64,000 nucleotides of DNA from Chloroflexota bacterium (GCA_018650845.1 JABIFF010000021.1:16163-80162), one strand, 5' to 3'. Positions 38,105 through 47,968 are shown, counted from the first letter of the stretch. Numbers and translations are program-made. Notes: generated by a model not told the origin, from the letters alone.

Positions 38105-38869
38105 GTGAGGACAGTCATGGCACAGACAACTCGATTCAATTTCATCTCGCTAGCAGGTTTAATCCTGGTTATTGGCGGAATCATCGGAATTAGCATGGGT
38201 GGTTACCTATACCTAAAAGCCGATGCAGGCCTCGATTCACTGGAAGCAGTTTACGGAACTCAAGGTCGATACATGACCTATGACGATGAAGGTAACTTCA
38301 CTGACCGTGGAACCGCCGAAGCCGGAGCGAGAATCCTGTCACTGCTTGAAGATGACTACCAATTCGCACTCAACTACGCCAACCTCGACCCAGAAGACAC
38401 ACTGGTCAACACACCAGATGAGTTGATGGTTCAGTTCGCAATCATCACCTATCACACCCTGCATGGAACGCAGACCGTGGTTCTTGATGAAGCAGTCGAA
38501 TACCAGGGAGTCACATACGAAGCAGGCGCTCACGAAGTTGCTGTAGACGGAAAATACTACTCAGACTTCGACCGCAGGCACCCTCTTGAGGGACCAGCAC
38601 GCACGATGGCTTGGAGCCCGTTGGCACTTAGCTTGAACGCACAGTTGATCGGTGGAGTGAACTCCGACCTTCAGGCCGGTATGGCTCACTTCCTCGCCTG
38701 GAGTGTATTTGCGGGATTCGGTTTCATGTTCGTGGTAGCAGGTGCATTCGCCATCGTAGGCGGAATCCAGCTCAACCGTCGACAGGAAGTCGAAGAAGAG
38801 GCAATCGAACGAATGGCAGCAGCTATTCCTACAACGCCTCTAGTAGCCCCAAGTGGTGCTGCTGAGTAG
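38105..38869 (+). CDS. Hypothetical membrane protein (2 TM, extracytoplasmic loop)
   Basis: Hydrophobic segments near both termini; host-like codon usage. Confidence 0.7.
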   Translation: MRTVMAQTTRFNFISLAGLILVIGGIIGISMGGYLYLKADAGLDSLEAVYGTQGRYMTYDDEGNFTDRGTAEAGARILSLLEDDYQFALNYANLDPEDTLVNTPDELMVQFAIITYHTLHGTQTVVLDEAVEYQGVTYEAGAHEVAVDGKYYSDFDRRHPLEGPARTMAWSPLALSLNAQLIGGVNSDLQAGMAHFLAWSVFAGFGFMFVVAGAFAIVGGIQLNRRQEVEEEAIERMAAAIPTTPLVAPSGAAE

Positions 38870-38948
38870 CACCGCAAAGTGTGCCCGGAGTCGGATCCCA
38901 ACTAGTCAGTAAACGTTTGGATCCGATTCTGGCGACATAGAGAAATAG

Positions 38949-38979
38949 AAAAGCCCGATGCAACAGCACCGGGCTTTTT
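38949..38979. terminator. Intrinsic terminator
   Basis: AAAAGCCCG...CGGGCTTTTT. Confidence 0.75.
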
Positions 38980-39081
38980 GATTTAACGAAGAGGAGGAGC
39001 GATGACACCACAACTTTTAGCTGTCGATGATATGTCGCAAACTTTAAGTCCCTTCTCCTTGGGGAGAAGGAATCACACGGC

Positions 39082-39840
39082 CTACTCGCCCTTCTCGGCC
39101 TTCCACTTCCTGAACCGTTCCTTCGTCTCGCCTGAAATCGGATAGTACTTGCCCGGTGAAGCCTGCTCCTCATCGATCAAACCGATAACGAACTCCTCAG
39201 CCTCTTCCTGCTCTTCGATCCAATCGATCACCTCTTCAGCACGATCAGCAGGCACCACAACAACGCCGTCATCATCACCAACAATCACGTCACCCGGCAT
39301 CACAAGCACGCCACCAACGTTAATAGGCCGACCTTCTTCAAACGACTCCAAGAACGGCAAGTTACCCGCTGGCGATCGATTCTTTGCAAACACCGCCAAG
39401 TCGTACTCATCAGAAACCATCTGCAAATCGCGAATAGCCCCGTCAGTAACCAACCCTTGAGCCTTCTTGTGCCACAGCATCCGAGTTTTCATATTGCCCA
39501 AAATGCACGAATACTCATCGAACGTGTGCGCTTCCGTGACGAGAACATCGTTGGGTCCGCACTTGCCCATCGCCAAATATTCAGGCGAATCTCCACCCTT
39601 ACGAGTCTGAGCAAGCAAGTCAGGACGTGCCGGCACGAACCGCAACGTCTGCGCACGCCCAACCAACGTCTTACCCGGCGTGTACGCCTTCACACCCCGC
39701 ATCAAACACAGCTGGTAGTTCGCCGAAGCGAACCACTCCTGCCCATCCGGCGGAGCCAACCTCCACACTGCACTGTAAGCAGTGGCAGAAGTTACCTTCC
39801 TGAATCGATCCAGTATTTCGTCAGATACGTGAGTAGGCAT
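39082..39840 (-). CDS. RraA/HMG aldolase family protein
   Basis: VTDGAIRD, VMPGDVIVGDDDGVVVVP. Confidence 0.88.
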   Translation of the reverse strand: MPTHVSDEILDRFRKVTSATAYSAVWRLAPPDGQEWFASANYQLCLMRGVKAYTPGKTLVGRAQTLRFVPARPDLLAQTRKGGDSPEYLAMGKCGPNDVLVTEAHTFDEYSCILGNMKTRMLWHKKAQGLVTDGAIRDLQMVSDEYDLAVFAKNRSPAGNLPFLESFEEGRPINVGGVLVMPGDVIVGDDDGVVVVPADRAEEVIDWIEEQEEAEEFVIGLIDEEQASPGKYYPISGETKERFRKWKAEKGE

Positions 39841-39978
39841 TTTTGTTGATTGTCCGGTTATCTAGCAATGAGCGGATTAGCGATGCAAAAGTATATGCGT
39901 GCCCTCGCCGCGGGTCTGTATTCATTCGAATCCTGCTACGATTCGCCGGTCGAAAAATAACATTTACGAAAGCCCCGC

Positions 39979-40962
39979 ATGCCGCAACCCATACCTGCAA
40001 CCGACCCTCGATTCTCTTGGTCAGGAGTTATCTCCACCGAAGTAAATCAAGGAACCGTAATGCCTTGGCGAATCAATCACCAAGAAAAAGCTCTCTTCGC
40101 TGAAGAACTCGCAATGCGGGCAGCCATGCCCGCCGGTGTGCGGCTCTCGTTTCGCAGTAACACAACATCGATAAACGGACAGTGCAATGCTTTCGAAGAA
40201 CGCAGCAAAATTGATTTGGTTGTAAACGGAAAACTTATCGATTCCGCCGATACGGCCGATCTAACATCGTTCAGCTTCGACAATCTAGGATCGGAAATGA
40301 AAGACATCGAACTATGGATGCCGCAGTTCGGTGAAATCAAACTCAACAGTCTCACGTTCGACGACGATGCGGAAACCCTGGAAGCTACCAAGCACACCGC
40401 CAAAAAGTGGATCACCTACGGCAGCTCAATCACCCACTGCCGCACTGCCGATTCGCCAACTAAAACCTGGCCAGCAATCGTCGCTCGCACACGCGGCTAC
40501 GATCTCACATGCCTCGGATTCGGCGGGCAATGTCATCTCGACCCCATGATGGCTCGCCAGATTCGTGACCAAGAAGCCGATCTCATCTCGCTCTGCCTAG
40601 GCATCAATGTCTACGGTGGCACCCTAAATCAGCGCACGTTCTATGCCGGCATTCTGGGATTCGTTCAAATCGTTCGAGAAAAACACCCCACAACACCAAT
40701 AGTGCTCATGTCACCGATCTACGCCGTCGATTGGGAGACCGAACTCAACGCCGTAGGTTTCTCTGTGCGTCATCTAAGAGACGAAGTAAAACGGGCGTAC
40801 GACACTCTAAAAGCACACGGCGACGAAAACATCAGCTACATCAACGGCTTAGATATCTTCGGCAGCGATAATGCCCACCTGCTCCCAGACGATCTCCACC
40901 CAAACAACGAAGGCTACGGAATCATGGCCGACAATCTCTTAGGACTGCTGCCAAAGGTTTAG
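39979..40962 (+). CDS. SGNH/GDSL hydrolase
   Basis: YGSSIT, LGFGG, GIN, DDLHPN. Confidence 0.85.
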   Translation: MPQPIPATDPRFSWSGVISTEVNQGTVMPWRINHQEKALFAEELAMRAAMPAGVRLSFRSNTTSINGQCNAFEERSKIDLVVNGKLIDSADTADLTSFSFDNLGSEMKDIELWMPQFGEIKLNSLTFDDDAETLEATKHTAKKWITYGSSITHCRTADSPTKTWPAIVARTRGYDLTCLGFGGQCHLDPMMARQIRDQEADLISLCLGINVYGGTLNQRTFYAGILGFVQIVREKHPTTPIVLMSPIYAVDWETELNAVGFSVRHLRDEVKRAYDTLKAHGDENISYINGLDIFGSDNAHLLPDDLHPNNEGYGIMADNLLGLLPKV

Positions 40963-40977
40963 CGCAAACCGCGACTG

Positions 40978-41376
40978 CTAGTCGTCGTGCGGGTGATCGA
41001 TGTTGTTGATGCTGCGCCAAATACGCCACTGCTTCATCACATCGCGCTTGTACAAATTGATGTACTTGCCCCGCATCGTGATCGCCTCGCCGCCCATCTT
41101 GGGGGCCATGGCGTAGTTGAAAGCGCCACGTACGTAAACGATATCTTCAAGCATCTCGACTTCAGCAACAATCGACTTAATGCTCGCCTTGATCGAACGG
41201 AAAAATTCACGCTGGTGAGCAACAATCGCCTCACGACCATTTACGGCAGGGCGATCAGGAAGCATCAGCATCGCATCATCGGCAAACAGATCGTCGATCT
41301 CATCTACATCAGAAGCATTAATAGCCGCGGCGTACCGCTCTTCTGATTCAAGAACTGCTGCGCGATCGTCCGACAT
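40978..41376 (-). CDS. SnoaL/NTF2-like (DUF4440) protein
   Basis: LFADDAMLMLPD...GREAI...GKYINLYKR...WRI. Confidence 0.8.
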   Translation of the reverse strand: MSDDRAAVLESEERYAAAINASDVDEIDDLFADDAMLMLPDRPAVNGREAIVAHQREFFRSIKASIKSIVAEVEMLEDIVYVRGAFNYAMAPKMGGEAITMRGKYINLYKRDVMKQWRIWRSINNIDHPHDD

Positions 41377-41512
41377 CGTGACCTCTCTTGAACCAAAGCC
41401 GCTAAAGCAACCCAACTCGAATGTTTCTCGAAACTAATGCCTAATTAATATCAGCGAAGCCAACACCAGTTAACCGTGTAACCCACAACGTCACACCGCC
41501 ACACACGCAAAC

Positions 41513-43318
41513 CTAATCGCCCGCAGCAGCCGAACCATCCGACGATCCCGAATCCGCCGTCACACCCGATCCATCACCCAATAGCGTCCTTCTGAACGTC
41601 TTATCCATCTGAGCATGAATCTTCATAGCAAGCGTCGCAGTTGAAGCAACACTCAGTGCCATCACGAGAGCCGAAACCGGAGAAGTCAGATCGCCAACCG
41701 GCATCATCTGCAGCAGCTGCGTAACGGTCCACACACCGGCTGCCAGCATAAACAGCGAAACAACTCCCACACTAATCACATCAGCAGCCTCGAGCCGAGC
41801 CGTCATCTTGAAACGAATAAACGCTCGCCTCGCAAACACAATTCCCAAATCCGACAATATCCGCCACAGAACAATTCCCGCCGGCACCGCCAACGTGACT
41901 ACCGCAGCAAGAACAATCACCCCAACTAATTCGGTAGAAATTCCGAGATCACGCGCAATACTCGTGCCGGCATTAGAAATAAGCACACCGGCAACGATCA
42001 CAAGCCCAATAATTCCGAAACTGACGGCTGCCGATCGAACCCCGCGAACAAAATTATGAGGAGCCGGTTTCGCAGGAGCCATAGAGCGTCTTGCAGTCGC
42101 AATGGTCGATGACAACAGCGCGGCTTCGGTCTTCACGCGTTCAGGCAATAGCCAAGCAACCACCGCCCCAATGCGCCTTGGAGAATTGAATACCAACGGG
42201 TAAATAAATGATGACAACACCGTGCTGATTGTCACGACAGGGTAGAGCTGCGATCCGACAGCTGCGTGTTCACTTCCCGAACGTGCAATAGCCAGCGAGA
42301 ACTCACCAGGCTGCGGCATCGATGCGCCAACTTTTAGCGATGTTTCACCGTCGTGACCAGTTAGGAACGTGCCCACGGTTGCAGCAAGAATCTTTCCAGC
42401 AACCAGCACGCCAGTCACTATCAAAGCGGTGCCGAAGAACTCTGGCACGTCGCCCATATTCACCAACATGCCAATTGACACGAAAAATAGTGCGGCAAAC
42501 AAATCCCGAACCGGCGCTATTAGTCGGGTGATCTGGTCACGATGACGCGTATCACCAAGCACCGTCCCAATCAGGAAAGCACCAGCCCCTGCCGAAAGAC
42601 CCATCTCACGAGCCAAAAGCCCCACGCCAAAGCACATGCCAAGACTTCCAATTAGCAGCGTTTCGCGTGATTTCAAATAGTCCAGCAAATCCATAAGTCG
42701 CGGCGCAAGCAACGTGCCGAACACGAGTGCACCAACGGCGAATACGGCCATCTTGATAACGATTGGCCAAACCTGAACTGCACCGCCATCTTCCTGATTC
42801 GCATAACCAGCGAAAACGGCAAGCAGCACCACGGCAACGAAATCTTCGACCACCAACACACCCACAACCAGCTGCCCACGAAGCGACATTAACTGGCCGT
42901 TCTCACGAAGTATCCCAACCAACACGGCTGAACTAGAAAATGCGAGTGCGGCGCCCAGATAAATCGATGTGGTGGTAGTCCAGCCGAGCGCTCTTCCCAA
43001 GAAATACCCGAGCGATATCATCGTGGCGATCTCGACAGCACCGATCAGCACAACGCGGAATCCGACCTTGCGAATTCGCTCCCAGCCGAACTCAACGCCA
43101 ATCGCGAACAGCAACACAACTAATCCAACTTCGGCGACCAACGAAACAGTATCGGTGTCGGAAACGAATCGACCTTGAAGTGCGAACGGGCCCACGAGCA
43201 TGCCCGCGACTAAGTAGCCGAGTATCGGGGGTTGCCGAATTAGCCGGAAAAGAATCAAGGCCGCGGCTGCAGCGACCATGATCAACGCAAAATCTCTTAC
43301 AAAATCTCCTGAGTGCAC
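41513..43318 (-). CDS. CPA2-family cation:proton antiporter
   Basis: QPPILGYLVAG, SSSAV, VVEDF, RDLFAALFFVSIG, GEFS. Confidence 0.9.
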   Translation of the reverse strand: MHSGDFVRDFALIMVAAAAALILFRLIRQPPILGYLVAGMLVGPFALQGRFVSDTDTVSLVAEVGLVVLLFAIGVEFGWERIRKVGFRVVLIGAVEIATMISLGYFLGRALGWTTTTSIYLGAALAFSSSAVLVGILRENGQLMSLRGQLVVGVLVVEDFVAVVLLAVFAGYANQEDGGAVQVWPIVIKMAVFAVGALVFGTLLAPRLMDLLDYLKSRETLLIGSLGMCFGVGLLAREMGLSAGAGAFLIGTVLGDTRHRDQITRLIAPVRDLFAALFFVSIGMLVNMGDVPEFFGTALIVTGVLVAGKILAATVGTFLTGHDGETSLKVGASMPQPGEFSLAIARSGSEHAAVGSQLYPVVTISTVLSSFIYPLVFNSPRRIGAVVAWLLPERVKTEAALLSSTIATARRSMAPAKPAPHNFVRGVRSAAVSFGIIGLVIVAGVLISNAGTSIARDLGISTELVGVIVLAAVVTLAVPAGIVLWRILSDLGIVFARRAFIRFKMTARLEAADVISVGVVSLFMLAAGVWTVTQLLQMMPVGDLTSPVSALVMALSVASTATLAMKIHAQMDKTFRRTLLGDGSGVTADSGSSDGSAAAGD

Positions 43319-43534
43319 AATTTCATACTAGAAAAAACACCCTCTATATTTCGCCGATTCTGAGAACGGATTACGAGTAAATCGCAATCCAAAACCTTCT
43401 CTCCCGATCAGGGAGAGAACTGAACACCTCCAACACCGTCATCCTGAGCCATGTCCTGAGCTCCGTCGAAGGGTCGATTCAGGATTTCATTGCAGCACGG
43501 AGTAGCTGCGCTCACCAACTGAGCTAACCACCAT

Positions 43535-44779
43535 CTACCCACCCTTCACCGCAGCACCCCACTCCTCCGCCTCAAGACCGTGCCTTGCACGCACTTCGTT
43601 CGGCGTCATAACTCCCGCATTCACCAAACTCACCTCGCGAGCAACCTGCGAATCTTCGGAATCGTTCAACGCCTCAACCTCTGAAATATCGAACTTGAAC
43701 CGATACTCTCTAGTCGACAAACCAAACGCCGGAACCAAACTACGATTCAAACAATCCTCAATCAGCTTCAACTCCGGAACAATCGTGTTGCGCCACAAGA
43801 ACCGCTCAAACGTGCTCACGTTCGAAAGCGTGGCATTCTCCAATTCGCCCAAGAACACGGTCGGCACCCCGAACGAACGTGAAACCTCTTCGACAGACCA
43901 CTCAAGTGCCTTCGAAAACTCCATATCCCGTTGACTCAATCCGAGCCGCTTAGCGTCCATTCCTCGACCCAACAGAATCGGACGATGTGACTTCGAAGAA
44001 CCTTTGAACCGGGAATCCCATCGAGAGTAAAACGCCGAGACTTCTTCGTCGGTGGGCGACTCGTCAGAAGTAATCGCCAAATCTCCGGGCGTTGCCGAAT
44101 TCGCAAAGAAATTCCTGCTAAACCGTTGAGCCTCAAAACCCATATCGACCGACAATCGAGCAGGTGCCACAGCCGACAATCCAGCAAACTCCTCAAGCGG
44201 GTTGTACTGCCTGAACCACACCATCTCTTCAGGCAAGTACGCAGCCCGCTCACCCGCATGTTCGTACACAAACCCACGCACATATTTCTTAACGTCAGGA
44301 ATCACTCGCATACGATCAGGGCGCAGCGGCCACAGCTCGCTCACGGCTCCCGATTCGTCCTTCTCAATCCCAAGAAAAGCACTACCCCAAAGCAATAGAT
44401 TCGATTCAATAGCTCGAACCAATTCAGCTCGACTCCATGAACCGTTCGGCCGGTCGATCAAGCGTTGCAAGGGGTGAGCAAAATCCACCTGGTGCCACAC
44501 CTGCTCACCTTCCGATTCAGCCAACTTCTCGACTCGAAGCTCCGGACGTCCCACTGCATCAGCACGAGTGCGCACCGCAGCATAAACGGCAGAAGAAGTG
44601 GCGTAGTAATCGCCATACTTCGCCGAAGCCCACTCCCCACCAATACCATCGACAGCATCAAGTCGATCAACGGTCACCCGGGTCGACCTATTCGCCTTTT
44701 CAGCACCGCCAAACCGAGCGCCAACTACACGGCCGAGCCCTGCCTTAATTCCCGCAGTTCCAAAAAATCCGAAGTTCAT
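43535..44779 (-). CDS. HK97-family phage portal protein
   Basis: VYAAV, LLLWGSAF, LWPLRPDRM, GLSAV, SRSFGVP, GVMTPNEVRARHGL. Confidence 0.93.
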   Translation of the reverse strand: MNFGFFGTAGIKAGLGRVVGARFGGAEKANRSTRVTVDRLDAVDGIGGEWASAKYGDYYATSSAVYAAVRTRADAVGRPELRVEKLAESEGEQVWHQVDFAHPLQRLIDRPNGSWSRAELVRAIESNLLLWGSAFLGIEKDESGAVSELWPLRPDRMRVIPDVKKYVRGFVYEHAGERAAYLPEEMVWFRQYNPLEEFAGLSAVAPARLSVDMGFEAQRFSRNFFANSATPGDLAITSDESPTDEEVSAFYSRWDSRFKGSSKSHRPILLGRGMDAKRLGLSQRDMEFSKALEWSVEEVSRSFGVPTVFLGELENATLSNVSTFERFLWRNTIVPELKLIEDCLNRSLVPAFGLSTREYRFKFDISEVEALNDSEDSQVAREVSLVNAGVMTPNEVRARHGLEAEEWGAAVKGG

Positions 44780-46239
44780 TCCGAGTCCCTAATTTCCAAC
44801 TGGTCTTCTTGTCTATCTAAATCTCCGTCTTCTGGACCTGCCCAGATCTTGAACTCGCGAGTCGCCGATTTTGCGAACGCAAGCATCACTGCATCAGCAA
44901 GATCAGGACTTCGCTCGCCTCTCGAACGAAGCTCATCCTTGCCCTCAATACGCATCTGCCCACTGCTACTAAACGAATACTTCACCGACGCCAATTGTGA
45001 GATCAAATCCGAATTGTTCGGAATCCAAATACGATATTCCGCAAATCGCTCTCGCAAGCCGTCGTACAATTCCGCTCTCAGATTCACAAACTGCTCTGAC
45101 CTACTCGCACGTCGAGCAACATTCACGCCAATAACGTTCTTGATTTCTAACTCATTTAGTCGATCAACAACCCCGGCGCCAATCCCTATTTCATCAACAC
45201 GAATCGCCTGAGGTGAATACTCCCGAGCCATGTTCGCCACACGCCCGGCAGTGCTCATCGTGTCCTGACGCCCAAACGACTCCAAAGAAATTATTTGCCC
45301 GCCCCGGCGAACACATATTGCAGTCTTGTCGCTCCCGAAACGCGCCACGTCGACACCCAGCTCAATGACCTGATCTCGCTGATCTTTTGAAGGCTCTGAA
45401 TTTGCTGCAAGCTCCACCAGTTTCAGAGGAATAAGCGTGTCCTCCGACTCACTCGGGAATTCACCCATCACCCTCACCTGGTACAGATAACTGTCTTTGC
45501 CCCAGTTTTGTTCGGCATCAGCAACCCACTGCGGCGTTACCAGCGACGGCAACACCACGTCGTTCTTTGTCAGATTCGGCGTGTCGAATGCCGAGATGTG
45601 GATCGTTTTCCACAACCCTCTACGCTTGTGAAATGCTTCGTAAAAGGTGCCTTTGAGCGATGTGGGATTCCCTAAGAGGAGAACTTTCGCTCCCGCCGAC
45701 GTCATCGATCCTTCTATCGCCTCGAAAATGCCCTCTCGGACACCTGAAGCCTCGTCGACGACGAACAGAATATGACCTTCGTGGAATCCCTGAAACCGCT
45801 CTGGCGTATCAGTCGATAACCCTTGAGCATAATGCTTGTCACCAAGCTCAAGTGATGTCCGAAGTAACTTTCCGCCAACAGCATCGGCATTAGCGTGATA
45901 CGCCCTGCGAATCTCTCTCCAAAGGATGTTTCTCACCTGATGAGCAGTCGGTGCTGTCGTGATCACAATCGCATCTGGATGGCACATCAACCACCACAAA
46001 ACTACGTGGGCGGCGATATAAGTTTTGCCCGACCCGTTGCAAGAACGCACCGCGACGCGTACGTGATCACGAATAGCCTCCAGAATCTCTGTCTGCTTCG
46101 ACCACGGACTCGCCCCCAGTGTTTCGGAAGTGAACTTAACGGGGTCATTCGCCCATCGCTCACGAACCGAATCTGAATACTGAGGAGCGTCTACGTCGTT
46201 TGATGCTCGGGAATTATGCTCAAATGAACCATCCCGCAC
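44776..46239 (-). CDS. terL: Phage terminase large subunit
   Basis: PWSKQ, Walker A SCNGSGKT, Walker B FVVDEASG, GNP, RNase H nuclease LGVDVARFGSD, SPDLADA. Confidence 0.93.
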   Translation of the reverse strand: MRDGSFEHNSRASNDVDAPQYSDSVRERWANDPVKFTSETLGASPWSKQTEILEAIRDHVRVAVRSCNGSGKTYIAAHVVLWWLMCHPDAIVITTAPTAHQVRNILWREIRRAYHANADAVGGKLLRTSLELGDKHYAQGLSTDTPERFQGFHEGHILFVVDEASGVREGIFEAIEGSMTSAGAKVLLLGNPTSLKGTFYEAFHKRRGLWKTIHISAFDTPNLTKNDVVLPSLVTPQWVADAEQNWGKDSYLYQVRVMGEFPSESEDTLIPLKLVELAANSEPSKDQRDQVIELGVDVARFGSDKTAICVRRGGQIISLESFGRQDTMSTAGRVANMAREYSPQAIRVDEIGIGAGVVDRLNELEIKNVIGVNVARRASRSEQFVNLRAELYDGLRERFAEYRIWIPNNSDLISQLASVKYSFSSSGQMRIEGKDELRSRGERSPDLADAVMLAFAKSATREFKIWAGPEDGDLDRQEDQLEIRDSE

Positions 46240-46442
46240 TAATCGTCGCGTGGACTAAAAATGTGACCGCATGTCCGACACCGAAAGCACGTGTTGGCCA
46301 TCGGATCTGCCTTCTCTAGTCGAACCGGAGCATCGTTTGCGCACCTCGGGCACGTTGAACCCTGCTCGCTAGTTTCATCACTAAGCGAACTCCCAATCCC
46401 ATCCACCGTAATCACCTTGGTCTGCACTTCCATGAACATCAC
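46239..46442 (-). CDS. Small Zn-ribbon protein upstream of terL
   Basis: CPRC...CRTCGHIFSP; stop overlaps the terL start. Confidence 0.65.
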   Translation of the reverse strand: MMFMEVQTKVITVDGIGSSLSDETSEQGSTCPRCANDAPVRLEKADPMANTCFRCRTCGHIFSPRDD

Positions 46443-46449
46443 TTTCTCT

Positions 46450-46502
46450 GCTTATTAGAACATTTGTTCTAATAAGCTATGCGCATATAGCAACACAGTC
46501 AA
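46450..46502 (-). promoter_or_regulatory. sigma70-type promoter with perfect LexA-type palindrome
   Basis: TTGACT(46502-46497)-17 nt-TAGCTT(46479-46474); GCTTATTAGAAC-ATTT-GTTCTAATAAGC at 46450-46477. Confidence 0.82.
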
Positions 46503-46574
46503 GAGTTAAGTGACACAGATTCCCAATAATTGATGAAAACACCACCCAATCCAGCCAGCAAAACCCCAACGCTC

Positions 46575-46850
46575 ACATCGGTCCCCCTTCCTTCGGGAAT
46601 GGGATAGGGGATGGGTAGATTGCAGCTGTACCCGAATGCACACATCGGTCCTCCCTTCTTCGGGAGGGAGTTAGAGGGAGGGTAGATTGCGACGCGAGCC
46701 GAGTGATCCGATCACGAGCGCGACTAAAGCCAAACTGCTGCTAGCTATACCCGAACCCCCACATCAGTCCACCTTCCTTCGGGAAGGGGCTAGGGGATGG
46801 GTAGATTGCAGCTCGGAGCCGAGTCATTCGATGACGAGCGCGACTAAATC
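46575..46850. repeat. Tandem array of three REP-like family I composite units
   Basis: Three CACATC(G/A)GTCC..CCCTT..TTCGGGA..GG..TAG.GG..GGGTAGATTGC units, two with a GAGCCGAGT...ACGAGCGCGACTAAA tail. Confidence 0.75.
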
Positions 46851-47165
46851 ACGCCACACGCGCAAAGGCAGTAATGCGAGAACGCGTCGGGGGCTGGTCC
46901 GGCTGCGTTCCCTCGTGCATTACCGCCCTGCACAAAGGTTCTCACCACCCGCATGTAGCTGGTGTGAAGGCAGCCGAATAGCCATGATGAAGCCATGAAG
47001 AGACCGTTCAACACAGCCACTTCGCTGTGCGTTTTACGCGATATTTAACTGGTTAACACGTCAACGATCTTTGACCAGCAACTACGCCATTTACACCAAC
47101 TCAACCGATATGATTCGCACATTATTTTCACTAGCCCCTGATCAACACCAACAAAGGAATCAACA

Positions 47166-47924
47166 ATGAAAGTTCTCGTCACCGGCTCATCAGGCCTCAT
47201 CGGCTCGATGTTAATCAACGCTATGTCCGACTCCTTTGAGATTTCAGCGCTCGACGCACGTGACTCAGAACACGCTCCCGACGTACCTACCCTCATCGCC
47301 GATGGTTCCGACTACGACTCCATGTCCAAAGCCTTCGAAGGTGTTGATGCTGTAGTTCACCTAGCAGCCAACGCCCCAGTCGAAACCCCTTGGCCAGACG
47401 TTCTCAAAAACAATATTTCGAACACCCACAACGTTTACGAGGCTGCCCGTCAGAATGGCGTAAAACGAGTTGTATTTGCCAGCTCAAACCATGCTGTTGG
47501 TAATTTTGAAATGGACGAGCCATACAGCCGAATTCGAATGGGAGATTACGAAGGACTAACACCCGGCGGCTTCACCAGAATCGATCACACGGTGCCGATT
47601 CGACCCGACTCCGACTACGGTGTCAGCAAGGCATTCGGAGAAGCTACGGGCGCCTACTATCACGAACACTTCGGACTCGAAGTCGCCTGCCTACGCATCG
47701 GAACGGTAAACCCTGCGAACAGTCCCGAAGGCAACATTCGGATGCTAGCAACATGGCTCAGCCACCGTGATCTCACTCAACTAGTGACACAGTGCCTCAC
47801 CCAGCCGCTCGGGTTCGAAATTTTCTACGGAGTTTCCGACAACACGTGGCGATTCTGGGACACCGATCACGCAAAAAAGACAATCGGATACGCACCACAA
47901 GACAACGCCGAAGACTGGCGATAG
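47166..47924 (+). CDS. NAD-dependent epimerase/dehydratase (uronate dehydrogenase-like)
   Basis: VTGSSGLIG, FASSNH, YGVSK, LRIG. Confidence 0.85.
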   Translation: MKVLVTGSSGLIGSMLINAMSDSFEISALDARDSEHAPDVPTLIADGSDYDSMSKAFEGVDAVVHLAANAPVETPWPDVLKNNISNTHNVYEAARQNGVKRVVFASSNHAVGNFEMDEPYSRIRMGDYEGLTPGGFTRIDHTVPIRPDSDYGVSKAFGEATGAYYHEHFGLEVACLRIGTVNPANSPEGNIRMLATWLSHRDLTQLVTQCLTQPLGFEIFYGVSDNTWRFWDTDHAKKTIGYAPQDNAEDWR

Positions 47925-47968
47925 TCCCAACCGTTAAAACGACCTATTGCGAGAAAGAACCCGAGAGC

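Noticed and set aside
44465-45211. Long antisense ORFs (also 5075..5740, 36108..36740, 48031..48612 and others)
   Set aside because: Shadow or alternative frames of well-supported genes, with no recognisable motifs.
28454-46442. A single intact 18-kb prophage
   Set aside because: No integrase, repressor, replication, tail or endolysin genes. The 8 kb between portal and protease holds host-type metabolic genes on both strands with their own terminators.
46575-46850. CRISPR array
   Set aside because: Repeats are degenerate, spacers are themselves repeated and irregular, no cas genes are present, and the units match dispersed REP-like elements.
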